Below are positions 38,798 through 47,724 of a stretch of 64,000 bases of DNA, one piece after another; within the stretch, counting starts at the first letter, position 1; each line of letters opens with the position of its first letter. The notes below the pieces were generated by a model. That model was not told where the DNA came from. It saw only the letters and a list, made by a program, of their open reading frames with translations, and did no database searches. The DNA is from Acidobacteriota bacterium (GTDB lineage: Bacteria; Acidobacteriota; Blastocatellia; Pyrinomonadales; Pyrinomonadaceae), in assembly GCA_020199995.1 (NCBI GenBank), contig JAIVJM010000016.1, positions 10,932-74,931 of the forward strand, written 5' to 3'. A program made the translations under genes and the position numbers.

Positions 38798-39325
38798 TTC
38801 GCTAGTCATCACTGCTTTCTGCCCGCCGCCTTCTTTCCTGCCTTCGAGGATGATGTCGAGCGCGAGCAGCGCCGCGCCCGTACAGATGGCGGCGTCGGCG
38901 ACGTTAAAGGTCGGCCACTGGAAAGAGCCGAGATGGACTTCGATGAAGTCAATGACGTGGCCGAGGCGGACGCGGTCGGTCAGGTTCCCGGCAATGCCCG
39001 CAAGCAGCAGCGCGCACGCGCCGAGCGTCCGATCGTCGGTGCGCGTTGTGCGGAAGATATAGAGCGCGACGCCGATGGCGGCCAGCCCTGCGAGCGAGAT
39101 GAGCAGCCAGCGCCCGAACTCGCCGCCCTCCTGAAACTGCCCGAAGGCGATGCCGGGATTCTCCGCGTAGCCGAAATGGAGGAAGCCTTCGACGGCCCGC
39201 AACGTCTCACCGAAGCGCAGTCGCCGCACTGCCCACGCCTTCGTCGCTTGATCGAGGAGGAAGACGCAGGCCGAGGCGAAGAGGTACGCCGCGCGCCAGC
39301 CCAAGTTTCGACCGCGGGCGCTCAA
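38789..39325 (-). CDS. lspA: Lipoprotein signal peptidase (signal peptidase II)
   Basis: NPGIAFG and FNVADAAI motifs. The probable start is TTG 39325, which overlaps the ileS TGA (GCTTGAGC). TTG 39304 is an alternative. Confidence 0.85.
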   Translation of the reverse strand: MSARGRNLGWRAAYLFASACVFLLDQATKAWAVRRLRFGETLRAVEGFLHFGYAENPGIAFGQFQEGGEFGRWLLISLAGLAAIGVALYIFRTTRTDDRTLGACALLLAGIAGNLTDRVRLGHVIDFIEVHLGSFQWPTFNVADAAICTGAALLALDIILEGRKEGGGQKAVMTSENP

Positions 39326-42300
39326 GCCTCGCTCCCTTCGGCCTCGATCTCGGCCAGCGCCTCGATGCAGCGCTCGCAGACGGTCGGGTAGCGCGTGAAC
39401 TCGCCGACGCGCGTCGAGTAGTTCCAGCAGCGCTCGCACTTCTCTCCGTCGGCGCGCTTGACGGCGACGCGCACCGCCGCCGCGCCCCCGGCGATTGTCG
39501 CCGGGTCGGTGTCGTCCGCAAGCGCGAGCGAGACTTGCGAGACGATGAAGATGTAAGCGAGCTGCCCGCGCTGCGCTGCGAGCAGCTCGAAAGTCTTCCG
39601 GTCGGCCTGAAGCTGGACGTGCGCTTCGAGGCTGCTGCCGATGAGCTTCGAGACGCGCGCCTCTTCGAGCGCGCGCATCACCAGCTCACGCACCTCGAAG
39701 ACGCGCGACCAGCGTTCGAGCAGCGCGGTGTCGCGCCGCGGCATCCGCAGCGGAAACTCAGCGAGGTGGACAGAGGGGAGCGCCGCCCCCTCCTCGACGT
39801 GTTTGGACGCGGGCAGGTTCTCCCAGATTTCGTCCGCCGTGAAGACGAGGATGGGCGCGAACAGTCGCGCCAGCGCGTCCGCTATCTCGAAGAGCGCCGT
39901 CTGCGCCGAGCGCCGCGCCTCCGAGCGCGGCGCGGAGGTGTAGAGCCTGTCCTTGATGATGTCGAAGTAGCGCGCCGAGAGCGTCACGGTGCAGAACTGG
40001 TAGAGCGTCTGGTAGGCCGCGTGGAACTCGAAAGCTTTGTAGCCTTCGGTCACGCGCTCGATGACCGAGTCGAGCTCGGCCAGCGCCCAGCGGTCAACTT
40101 CCTGCATCTCCGCGAGCGGAACGCGGTCGAGCGTGGGGTCGAAGCCTTCGAGGTTGCCGAGCGCGAAGCGCGCCGTGTTGCGCACCTTGCGGTAGGCGTC
40201 CGAGGCGCGCTGGAGGATTTCCTTCGAGCAGCGCATCTCTTCGTGGTAGTTCGACGACACTGACCACAGCCGGACGATCTCCGCGCCCGACTCGTCAACC
40301 ACCTCGTTCGGCGAGACCGAGTTGCCCGCCGACTTGTGCATCGCGCGCCCCTGCCCGTCCACGACCCAGCCGTTCGTGATGACCGTGTTGTAGGGCGCGC
40401 GCCCGTGGACGGCGAGCCCCACCATCAAAGACGAGTTGAACCAGCCGCGGAACTGGTCGCCGCCTTCGAGATAGACATCCGCGGGCCAGCGCAAGGAGTC
40501 GTATTTTTCGAGCACGGCGACCGAAGACGAGCCGCTGTCGAACCACACGTCGAGGATGTCCGTCTCCTTCGTGAACTCAGTGCCGCCGCAGGTCGGGCAC
40601 TTGAAGCCTTCCGGCAGCAGCTCCGTCGCCACGCGCGCGTACCACGCGTCCGAAGACTCGCGCTCGAAGATCTCGGCGACGTGTCTGATGACCTCGGGCC
40701 GCGCGATTGTCTCGTCGCACCCCGCGCCCGCGCAGTAGAAGACCGGAATCGGCACGCCCCAGACCCTCTGCCGCGAGACGCACCAGTCGGGGCGGCCCTT
40801 GAGCATGTTGCGCATCCGATCCTGACCCCACGACGGAACCCATTCGACGCGCTCCACCTCGCCGAGCGCGCCCTCGCGTAAGCTGACGGGGGCGGCCTCG
40901 TCGTTGTCCGTGTAGTTCGTCAGGTCGCGCCCGTCCTCGTCGCGCTCGACCTCGCCCGCCTCGTCAGTCGCGCCCGCCGTGTCGAGCGAGATGAACCACT
41001 GCGGCGTGGCGCGGAAGATAACCGGGTTCTTGCAGCGCCAGCAGTGCGGGTAGCGGTGCGCGTACTCCTCGCTGTGGACGAGCACGCCGCGCTCGCGCAT
41101 GAACTCGACTATCTCTGGGTTCGCCTCGAAGACGCCCCGGCCCGCGAAGTGCTCGACCTCGGGCGTGAAGCGCCCGGCGTTGTCCACGGGGCAATAGATT
41201 TCGAGGCCGTAGGCTTTGCCGAGCACGAAGTCGTCGTGGCCGTGGCCCGGCGCGGTGTGGACGAGCCCCGTCCCGGCCTTGCCCGTCGCCCGTCGGTCGC
41301 GCGCCTCACGCACGTCCAGCTCAGTCTCGGCGTCGGCCTCGCCACCGAGCGTGACGTGGTCGCCGAGCATGACGAGCGACGGACGGTCGAGCCACGCGTG
41401 GCGCGCTTCGAGCCGGTCGAGCCGCGAGCCGGGGAAGCGCGCAAACACCTTCGGCGACCACTCGACGGTTGACCATGACGCCGACATCACGGGGCCGTCG
41501 GGGCCTTCCGCCGGGTCGGACTCGCCGGACTCCATCCTGCTGAAGTCGCACTTGGCGGCGATGACCCCGATCAACTCGCTGGCGACGATGTAGACCTCGT
41601 CGCCGTTCTCGATGGCCGCGTACTCGAAGTTCGGGTTGACGGCGATGCCGAGGTTGGCGGGAAGCGTCCACGGCGTCGTCGTCCAGATGAGGAAGAAGAC
41701 GCGGCGCGGGTCGTCGTCGTCACCCAGAATGTCGCGCTTGAAGGCCTTGCCGTCCAACGTCTCCTCGGAGAGCGGGAACTTGACGTAGACCGAGGGGCTC
41801 GTGTGCTCGGCGTATTCGACCTCGGCCTCGGCGAGCGCCGTCTGGTCGTGGATGCACCAGTAGACGGGGCGCGCGCCCTTGTAGATGTAGCCGCGCTCGA
41901 CGAAGCGACCGAAGAGGCGGGCCGTCTCGGCCTCGTAGGCGTTCGACATCGTGAGGTAAGGGTTCTCCCACAACCCCGTCACGCCGAGGCGCTGGAAGTC
42001 GCGCGTCTGCCGCTTCAAGGCCTCGGCGGCGTGCTCGCGGCACGCGCGCCGGAAGCTGACCTGCGGAATCTCCGTCCGCTTCTTCCCCTTTTTGTCGAGA
42101 GCGCGCTCGACGTACTGCTCGATGGGGAGGCCGTGGCAGTCGTAGCCCGGGACGTAGGGCGAGTCGTAGCCCAACATCGTCCGCGACTTGACGACGAGGT
42201 CTTTGAGAATCTTGTTGAGCGCCGTGCCGAGGTGAATGTCGGAGTTGGCGTAGGGCGGCCCGTCATGCAGGATGAACCGCTCGCGCCCCGCGCGCGCTCT

Positions 42301-42441
42301 CCGGATCAGCGCGTAGAGGTTCATCGCCGACCACTTCTTCAGACGCGCGGGCTCGGCCTGCCCCAGATTCGCCTTCTGCGCGAAGGCGGTCTTCGGCAGG
42401 TTGACCGTTTTTTTCAGCTCAAGCGGTGTTTCTGTCGCCAT
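39322..42441 (-). CDS. ileS: Isoleucine--tRNA ligase
   Basis: 1039 aa. HIGH-type motif PPYANSDIHLGT, a KMSKS-type region (AMHKSAGNS) and a C-terminal CxxC...CxxC zinc finger (CERCWNY...CERC). Confidence 0.95.
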   Translation of the reverse strand: MATETPLELKKTVNLPKTAFAQKANLGQAEPARLKKWSAMNLYALIRRARAGRERFILHDGPPYANSDIHLGTALNKILKDLVVKSRTMLGYDSPYVPGYDCHGLPIEQYVERALDKKGKKRTEIPQVSFRRACREHAAEALKRQTRDFQRLGVTGLWENPYLTMSNAYEAETARLFGRFVERGYIYKGARPVYWCIHDQTALAEAEVEYAEHTSPSVYVKFPLSEETLDGKAFKRDILGDDDDPRRVFFLIWTTTPWTLPANLGIAVNPNFEYAAIENGDEVYIVASELIGVIAAKCDFSRMESGESDPAEGPDGPVMSASWSTVEWSPKVFARFPGSRLDRLEARHAWLDRPSLVMLGDHVTLGGEADAETELDVREARDRRATGKAGTGLVHTAPGHGHDDFVLGKAYGLEIYCPVDNAGRFTPEVEHFAGRGVFEANPEIVEFMRERGVLVHSEEYAHRYPHCWRCKNPVIFRATPQWFISLDTAGATDEAGEVERDEDGRDLTNYTDNDEAAPVSLREGALGEVERVEWVPSWGQDRMRNMLKGRPDWCVSRQRVWGVPIPVFYCAGAGCDETIARPEVIRHVAEIFERESSDAWYARVATELLPEGFKCPTCGGTEFTKETDILDVWFDSGSSSVAVLEKYDSLRWPADVYLEGGDQFRGWFNSSLMVGLAVHGRAPYNTVITNGWVVDGQGRAMHKSAGNSVSPNEVVDESGAEIVRLWSVSSNYHEEMRCSKEILQRASDAYRKVRNTARFALGNLEGFDPTLDRVPLAEMQEVDRWALAELDSVIERVTEGYKAFEFHAAYQTLYQFCTVTLSARYFDIIKDRLYTSAPRSEARRSAQTALFEIADALARLFAPILVFTADEIWENLPASKHVEEGAALPSVHLAEFPLRMPRRDTALLERWSRVFEVRELVMRALEEARVSKLIGSSLEAHVQLQADRKTFELLAAQRGQLAYIFIVSQVSLALADDTDPATIAGGAAAVRVAVKRADGEKCERCWNYSTRVGEFTRYPTVCERCIEALAEIEAEGSEA

Positions 42442-42540
42442 GGTAAATGGTTCGCTTCCTTCGATGAAAATTCATACTAACGCACAGCTTCTGCAAATCA
42501 AAAGTCGGGCCGGGGGAGCCCACCGCCCCCGCTAAAACTA

Positions 42541-42590
42541 AAGCGCCCGCGCCACTTCTCTCTCGCGGAAGTGTTGGCACGGGCGCTTTT
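42541..42590 (-). terminator. Long GC hairpin between the DUF948 gene and ileS
   Basis: AAGCGCCCG...CGGGCGCTT forms the outer stem and GCCACTTC...GAAGTG an inner stem. U-rich tracts flank it on both strands. Confidence 0.55.
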
Positions 42591-42616
42591 GCGCTCCTCT
42601 TAAGGATGTCGGTTCT

Positions 42617-43180
42617 TCAGCCGATGAACAACTCATCCTCCGCGTAGGTCTGGTCAATCTGTTTTGGAGTGGGGGCCACGAGCACTTCCAGACCGCGCCG
42701 CACCCCCGCCATAATCGCCGCGATCTCCCGCGCCGGGCTGACGATGCGTGACGTGATGAAGTTGGTCGTGACCATCAGTTGCGTGTGCGTCTCGTCTATC
42801 GAGCGGCTGATCATCTCGACCTTGTCGCGGGCCGTCTCCGCCGAGAAGCCGACGATCTGCTTGAGCTCGCGCACTTCGTCCCTGATGATCGAGGCTGACT
42901 CGGAGAAGTGCATCGAGGCGGTCGCAAGGTGGCCGGACATGATCGTCACCTGCTCGGCGACATCGCGCCCTTGCGCGGCGATCTGGCGCACCTGCTCGGC
43001 GAGCCCGCCCACGCGCTCAAAGAGCGGCTCGATTCTCCGCTCGACGTTTGTCACCGCCCGCACGACGCGGCCCACGACGACGGCCATGACGACCGCCGCC
43101 ACGGCGATCACGACGAAAGAGACGGCGACCACCACCATCACCCAGAACGCCGGATCGTTCGTGCTCATTTGTAGCGCCAT
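42617..43180 (-). CDS. DUF948-domain membrane-anchored stress-type protein
   Basis: It has an N-terminal TM helix followed by a long helical region (VERRIEPLFERVGGLAEQVRQIAAQGRDVAEQV). It is paired with a YtxH-type gene upstream, as is common for this family. Confidence 0.6.
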   Translation of the reverse strand: MALQMSTNDPAFWVMVVVAVSFVVIAVAAVVMAVVVGRVVRAVTNVERRIEPLFERVGGLAEQVRQIAAQGRDVAEQVTIMSGHLATASMHFSESASIIRDEVRELKQIVGFSAETARDKVEMISRSIDETHTQLMVTTNFITSRIVSPAREIAAIMAGVRRGLEVLVAPTPKQIDQTYAEDELFIG

Positions 43181-43184
43181 AACA

Positions 43185-43290
43185 ATTTTCAGTTTCCAGT
43201 TTTCAGTTTTCAGACTTCGGTTTTCGGTTCATGGATTGGCCATCTCAAAGCTGAGATGGCAGAACTGAAAACTGAAAATTGAAAACCGAC
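43185..43290. repeat. Heptad-periodic hairpin (TTTCAGT words) with a nested central hairpin
   Basis: The arms are attttcagtttccagttttcagttttcagacttcggttttcggttc and aactgaaaactgaaaattgaaaaccgac. The inner hairpin is GCCATCTCA-AAG-CTGAGATGGC (43239-43260). Confidence 0.8.
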
Positions 43291-43569
43291 TACTCTCTTT
43301 CGGGATAAGTCGGCGCGGGCTCGATCATCGGAGCGCCGCCGGAGCGGAGTTTCTCTTCGCGGTACGCCTGTTTGCCGGCTTCGATGGCGGCGGAGAGATT
43401 CTCTCCCCTTGCGCGTCACGTCGGCGATGTCCTCGCGCAGCTCGCGCCCTGACTTCGGCGCGAACAGAAGCGCCACGACCGCGCCCACGGTGCCGCCCAT
43501 CACGAAGTACGCGAGCCGCGTCCCCGCGTCCGAATCGCCCCGCCGCGCGCGCTGCATCTTGTTCGACAT
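43290..43569 (-). pseudogene. YtxH-domain protein with a 1-nt frameshift at a G4/C4 run
   Basis: ATG 43569 follows a GAGGG SD and gives MSNKMQRARRGDSDAGTRLAYFVMGGTVGAVVALLFAPKSGRELREDIADVTRKG. After the CCCC run at 43405-43408 the plausible continuation ENLSAAIEAGKQAYREEKLRSGGAPMIEPAPTYPERE* is in another frame, with its stop at 43290. Confidence 0.65.
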
Positions 43570-43680
43570 ACGCTTTACCCTCACACGTTGAAGCCCGTGC
43601 GCTCCAATGATTTCCGTCGAAATTTTTAACTCTTTCGACCCACCCCGAACTATAACAAATGCGCGCGAAGCGGCGCAATA

Positions 43681-43807
43681 AAGAAGGGCAAAAGGAAAAA
43701 GGAAAAAGGAAAAAGTAAGAGAGCCAAGGCGACGCGCGCCGGGCTCTCGCTTCACTCGTCAGGTTCTTTCTTCTACTTTTACCTTTTTCCTTTTTCCTTT
43801 TGCCTTC
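43681..43807. repeat. Heptad-periodic hairpin (GGAAAAA words)
   Basis: aagaagggcaaaaggaaaaaggaaaaaggaaaaagtaagag pairs with ttctacttttacctttttcctttttccttttgccttc. The right arm reaches the stop codon of the next gene. Confidence 0.8.
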
Positions 43808-45965
43808 ACTCTTCCGCCTCGCCGTTGTACTGCTGGAGCTTGCGGTAGAGCGTCTTGCGACCGATGCCGAGGGCGCGCGCGGCGCGCGTCTTGTCGCCGC
43901 CCGTGTAGTCGAGAGTGGCTTCGATGGCGCGGCGTTCGATCTCGTCAATGGTCGCCGGGACGCTCAGCTCCAACTTGACCTCGCGCCCTTCGAGCGCCGC
44001 GCGTTCGCGCTCGCTGCGGTCTCGCGCGCGCTCTTCGCGCAGGACGCGGCTGATGGATTCGGGCAGGTCTTCGGGCTCGATCTGCCGGCCCGAGGCGATG
44101 ATGACGGCGCGCTCGACGGCGTTCTCAAGCTCGCGCACGTTGCCCGGCCAGTCGTAGTTGATGAGCGCTTCGAGCGCGCGCCGCGAGATGCCGGGGATGA
44201 AGCGTCCGGTCTTCTGCTTATAGTGTTCGAGGAAGTGGATAACGAGCGTGTGGATGTCGCCGGGCCGCTCGCGCAAAGGGGGCAAAGAGATGGGGAAGAC
44301 CGAGAGGCGGTAGAAGAGGTCGCGCCGGAACGTCCCCTGCTCGGCGGCGCGTTCGAGGTCGACGTTCGAGGCGGCGATGACGCGCACGTCCGTCTTCAGG
44401 ACCTCGCTTCCACCGACGCGCGTCAGCTCGCCGTCCTGTAAGACGCGCAGCAGGCTCACCTGAGCCGAGAGGCTCATCTCGCCGATTTCGTCGAGAAAGA
44501 GCGTGCCGCCATCGGCCTCCTCGAAACGCCCGCGGCGGCGCGAGCGCGCGTCGGTGAACGCGCCGCGCTCGTGACCGAAGAGCTCCGACTCCAAAAGCGT
44601 CTCGGGGATCGCGCCGCAGTTGAGCTTGACGTAGGGCTTGTCGCTCCGTCGCGAGTTGTAGTGAATGAGGTTGGCCAAGAGTTCCTTGCCCGTCCCCGAT
44701 TCGCCCTCGATGAGCACTGAGGTCGCCGTGTCGGCGACGTTGAGGGCGAGCTCGATGGCGCGGCGGATGGCCGGGGCCTGCCCGATGATGCGGTCTTCGG
44801 CGTGGCGCTCGTGCAGCACGCTCCTCAGCCGCATCACCTCCGCCGAGAGCTGGTCGCGTTCGAGCGCCGTGCCCAACTGAACGGCGATGCCTTCGACGAG
44901 GGCGACTTCGTGCTCCTCGAAGCCTTCGCGCGCCTGACTCCAGACGAAGCCCAAAAGCCCGAAGGCCTGCTCGCCGATGCGCACCGGCGCGACGAGCGCC
45001 GCGCGCCCGCCCAGAGTCGCGTTGAAGGCGAAGCGCACCTGCTCGGGCAGCTCCGAATCCATCACGCGCAGCGTCCGCGGCTTCGCCATCAGCTCGACCA
45101 CCGCGGGGAAGGCCGAGATGTCTATTGATTTCCCGTGCGACTCGATGAGCTCGCGCACCCTCGCCGTGGTCGCGTGCGGCGCGGCCTTGAAGGCGGCGAG
45201 GCTGATGGACTTGCCCGAAGGCTCGATGACGCCGAGCGCGCAGTAGTCCGCGCCGACGAGCGTGTTGGCTCGCTCCAGAACGTGCGAGGTCAGCTCGCCA
45301 AAGTCCGAGCGCGCGTTGAGCAGGTTGGCGATCTCAAGGAGTGCGCGCGTGCGGTCGGCCTCGCGCTGCTTGTCCGTGTAGAGGCGCGCGTACTGGTAGC
45401 CGACGGCGATCTGCCGCGCGATGGATTGCAGGAACGAGACCTCCTCGTCCTCCCAGCGCCGCGGCGCGCGCGTCGTGTGGAGCCCGACAAGCCCGAGCAC
45501 GCTGCCGTCGAGGACGACCGGCACGATGAGGAGCGAGCGCGTGCCGAGGCTCGCGGGGAGCAGTCCGACGCGCGGGTCGAGGTTGGCGACCGAGGTGTCG
45601 TCGAGGCGGATGGGCTGCGCGAGATTGAATCGCTCGCCGAGCTGCGTGATGTCCACGGGGAAGGAGGTGCCGAGGCTCGAAGGCACGTCCGCGGCGGCCC
45701 GCCACTCGTGGCTGATGCGCAGCTCGCCCGTGCGCACGAGCTGGATCACGTCGCAGCGATCAACGTCCATCATCCGCCCCAGCTCGGCGACGATGGCGCG
45801 CAGGAACTTGTCGAGGTCGATTTCGGAATGGATGTTCGGGGCGAGGCGGTTGATGATCGCCTCGCGGGCCTCGTGCATCTGCATCTTGCGCTCGGGCGAG
45901 AGCGTCTGCGCGGAAGTGCTCGGCATCGGACGCTGTCCAGACAAAGGCGAAGAATTCTCCTTCAC
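43806..45965 (-). CDS. Sigma-54-dependent transcriptional activator with two N-terminal GAF domains
   Basis: GESGTGKE Walker A, ESELFGHERGAFTDA (a GAFTGA variant), an R-finger region and a C-terminal Fis-type HTH (TRAARALGIGRKTLYRKL). The start is uncertain: GTG 45965, ATG 45926 or ATG 45884. Confidence 0.9.
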   Translation of the reverse strand: MKENSSPLSGQRPMPSTSAQTLSPERKMQMHEAREAIINRLAPNIHSEIDLDKFLRAIVAELGRMMDVDRCDVIQLVRTGELRISHEWRAAADVPSSLGTSFPVDITQLGERFNLAQPIRLDDTSVANLDPRVGLLPASLGTRSLLIVPVVLDGSVLGLVGLHTTRAPRRWEDEEVSFLQSIARQIAVGYQYARLYTDKQREADRTRALLEIANLLNARSDFGELTSHVLERANTLVGADYCALGVIEPSGKSISLAAFKAAPHATTARVRELIESHGKSIDISAFPAVVELMAKPRTLRVMDSELPEQVRFAFNATLGGRAALVAPVRIGEQAFGLLGFVWSQAREGFEEHEVALVEGIAVQLGTALERDQLSAEVMRLRSVLHERHAEDRIIGQAPAIRRAIELALNVADTATSVLIEGESGTGKELLANLIHYNSRRSDKPYVKLNCGAIPETLLESELFGHERGAFTDARSRRRGRFEEADGGTLFLDEIGEMSLSAQVSLLRVLQDGELTRVGGSEVLKTDVRVIAASNVDLERAAEQGTFRRDLFYRLSVFPISLPPLRERPGDIHTLVIHFLEHYKQKTGRFIPGISRRALEALINYDWPGNVRELENAVERAVIIASGRQIEPEDLPESISRVLREERARDRSERERAALEGREVKLELSVPATIDEIERRAIEATLDYTGGDKTRAARALGIGRKTLYRKLQQYNGEAEE

Positions 45966-46103
45966 AAAAAAGTCCGGCGTGCTCAGTGGCCCCGTCGCAT
46001 TTTAACTTGAGGAGAGCGCCGCCGGGGAATTGATGCTTCGGGCCGCGAGGTTTTTTCGTCGGGCGCAAATCATAACAACTGGGTCGGAGGAAGGCAAAGA
46101 AGG

Positions 46104-46197
46104 AGAGGCTTGAGGCCTTGAGACTTGAGGCTCAAAACAGCTTGAGGCCGGAGACTTGTTCTTTAACAAGTCTCCGGCCTCAAGCCTCAACCCTCTC
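46104..46197. repeat. Heptad-periodic hairpin (CTTGAGR words) with a perfect 20-bp inner stem
   Basis: The inner stem is cttgaggccggagacttgtt-ctt-taacaagtctccggcctcaag (46141-46184). It is flanked by gagaggcttgagg and cctcaaccctctc. Confidence 0.85.
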
Positions 46198-46842
46198 TTA
46201 TCTGACCTGCGCCACTTCGTCCGCCGACGAGGGGAAGAGGCGGAAGTAGGTGCGCGCCTCTTCGGGGGTGAGCACGGGGTGCTGGGTCTTGCCGTAGCGG
46301 CCCGTGATGATGCGGACGTAGTTCTGCGTCTCGTTGTAGGGAGGCACGCCCTCGAACTTGTCCACGGAGCCTTCGCCGGCGTTGTAACCGGCCAGCGCCA
46401 GCACGACGTCGCCGTCGAAGCGCTTGAGGAGCCAGCGCAGATACTTCGTGCCCGCCTCGATGTTCGCCTCGGGGTTCAACCTGTCCTCGCAGTTGAAGCG
46501 TTTGGCGGTCGCGGGCATGAGCTGCATCATCCCCTGCGCGCCAGCGTGCGAGAGCGCGCTCGGCTTGTACTTCGACTCCTGCCAGATGACGGCGTGGAGG
46601 AGGCGCGGGTCAACGCCTGCGCGCGAGCCGATGTCGAAGATAATGCGGTCAAGTTCAGGGTCGCCGGACGTGGGCACGTCCGCCGGGATGACATTCGCTT
46701 CGGCGTTGGTCTTCGCTGCCACGGGCGCGAGCACGCGCGTAAAGGGACTGTCGGCCAGATTGGTCAGGAAAAAGATTGCGACGAGCGCAAAAGTAATGTT
46801 CTTGAAAGAGCGAAAAGGGGATGTACGTCGGGTCAAATGCAT
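46198..46842 (-). CDS. Lytic transglycosylase (SLT domain), secreted
   Basis: WQESKYKPSALSHAGAQGMMQLMPATA and AGYNAGEG motifs, with an N-terminal hydrophobic anchor. Confidence 0.85.
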   Translation of the reverse strand: MHLTRRTSPFRSFKNITFALVAIFFLTNLADSPFTRVLAPVAAKTNAEANVIPADVPTSGDPELDRIIFDIGSRAGVDPRLLHAVIWQESKYKPSALSHAGAQGMMQLMPATAKRFNCEDRLNPEANIEAGTKYLRWLLKRFDGDVVLALAGYNAGEGSVDKFEGVPPYNETQNYVRIITGRYGKTQHPVLTPEEARTYFRLFPSSADEVAQVR

Positions 46843-47271
46843 TCTCGGTCGTTCTCCATGTGAGCTGTCGGCCTGTTGCTCAGACGCCGGGCCGGCGACG
46901 ATTGCATCAACACTGATGCAAGGGTTTGGGGGCTACGCATGGTGGAAACGATCTGCCTTGCACTACTCAAAGAGCAGCCTATCGAAACCGAGAGTAAGAT
47001 GGGCGAAAGGCTCAACCAGTTGCTTTTAGCGCACGGAAACTGTGCATTTAAGTGCTTTAAATGTACGTATTTAAATCAACCAACCCTAACTGTTGACAGG
47101 GTAAAATTTGTCCCCCCTATCGCGCATCATGAACGACCTTTTTGCAGCCTCGCGAGTGCCCCCGCGTACCGAAGGGAGACAAAAATCGTCTGCTTGCCGT
47201 AAAAAAATTTACGGTTCATTTTGACGTAGCGGACGCGAACGCTTTAGTCCGCATCGTAGTTTTCAGCCCTT

Positions 47272-47299
47272 TTGCACATCGCGGATTTGCCCGTATAAT
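47272..47299 (+). promoter_or_regulatory. Candidate sigma-70 promoter for the FmdB-type gene
   Basis: TTGCAC (47272-47277), a 16-nt spacer and TATAAT (47294-47299), 50 nt upstream of ATG 47349. Confidence 0.45.
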
Positions 47300-47348
47300 T
47301 TCGTTCGAGAGAATCACACTCGAAGCGAAAGAGGCCGACGAAGAGATT

Positions 47349-47702
47349 ATGCCCATTTACGAGTACAGCTGTCAGAAATGCGGGGCGCACCTCGAAGTCA
47401 TGCGGAAGATTACGGACAAGCCGCTCGCGCGCCACCCGAAATGCGGCGGCAAGCTCTCGAAGGAATGGTCGCAGACGAGCTTCCAACTGAAGGGCTCGGG
47501 CTGGTACGTGACGGATTACGCCGGGAAGAAGCAGGACTCGAAGGAGAGCGCGGAGGCGAAAACCGACGCCGCCGAAGCGAAGACGACCGAGGCCCGGAAG
47601 ACCGACGGCGGAGAAAAGTCGGAGAGCAAAGTCGAGAGCAAGGCGGAGGCTAAGAAGACCTCGAAGAGTTCCGCCAAGGCCGCGCCGAGCGGCAAGGACT
47701 AA
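47349..47702 (+). CDS. FmdB-family zinc-ribbon protein with a Lys/Glu/Ala-rich tail
   Basis: MPIYEYSCQKCG...HPKCGG...SGWYVTDY. Confidence 0.85.
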   Translation: MPIYEYSCQKCGAHLEVMRKITDKPLARHPKCGGKLSKEWSQTSFQLKGSGWYVTDYAGKKQDSKESAEAKTDAAEAKTTEARKTDGGEKSESKVESKAEAKKTSKSSAKAAPSGKD

Positions 47703-47724
47703 CCCACTACCGGAAGCGAGCAAC

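Noticed and set aside
42572-42590. Sigma-54 promoter TGGCAC...TTGC.
   Set aside because: The spacing between TGGCAC and TTGC is 8 nt rather than 5. The sequence is part of the terminator hairpin, and no plus-strand gene follows it.
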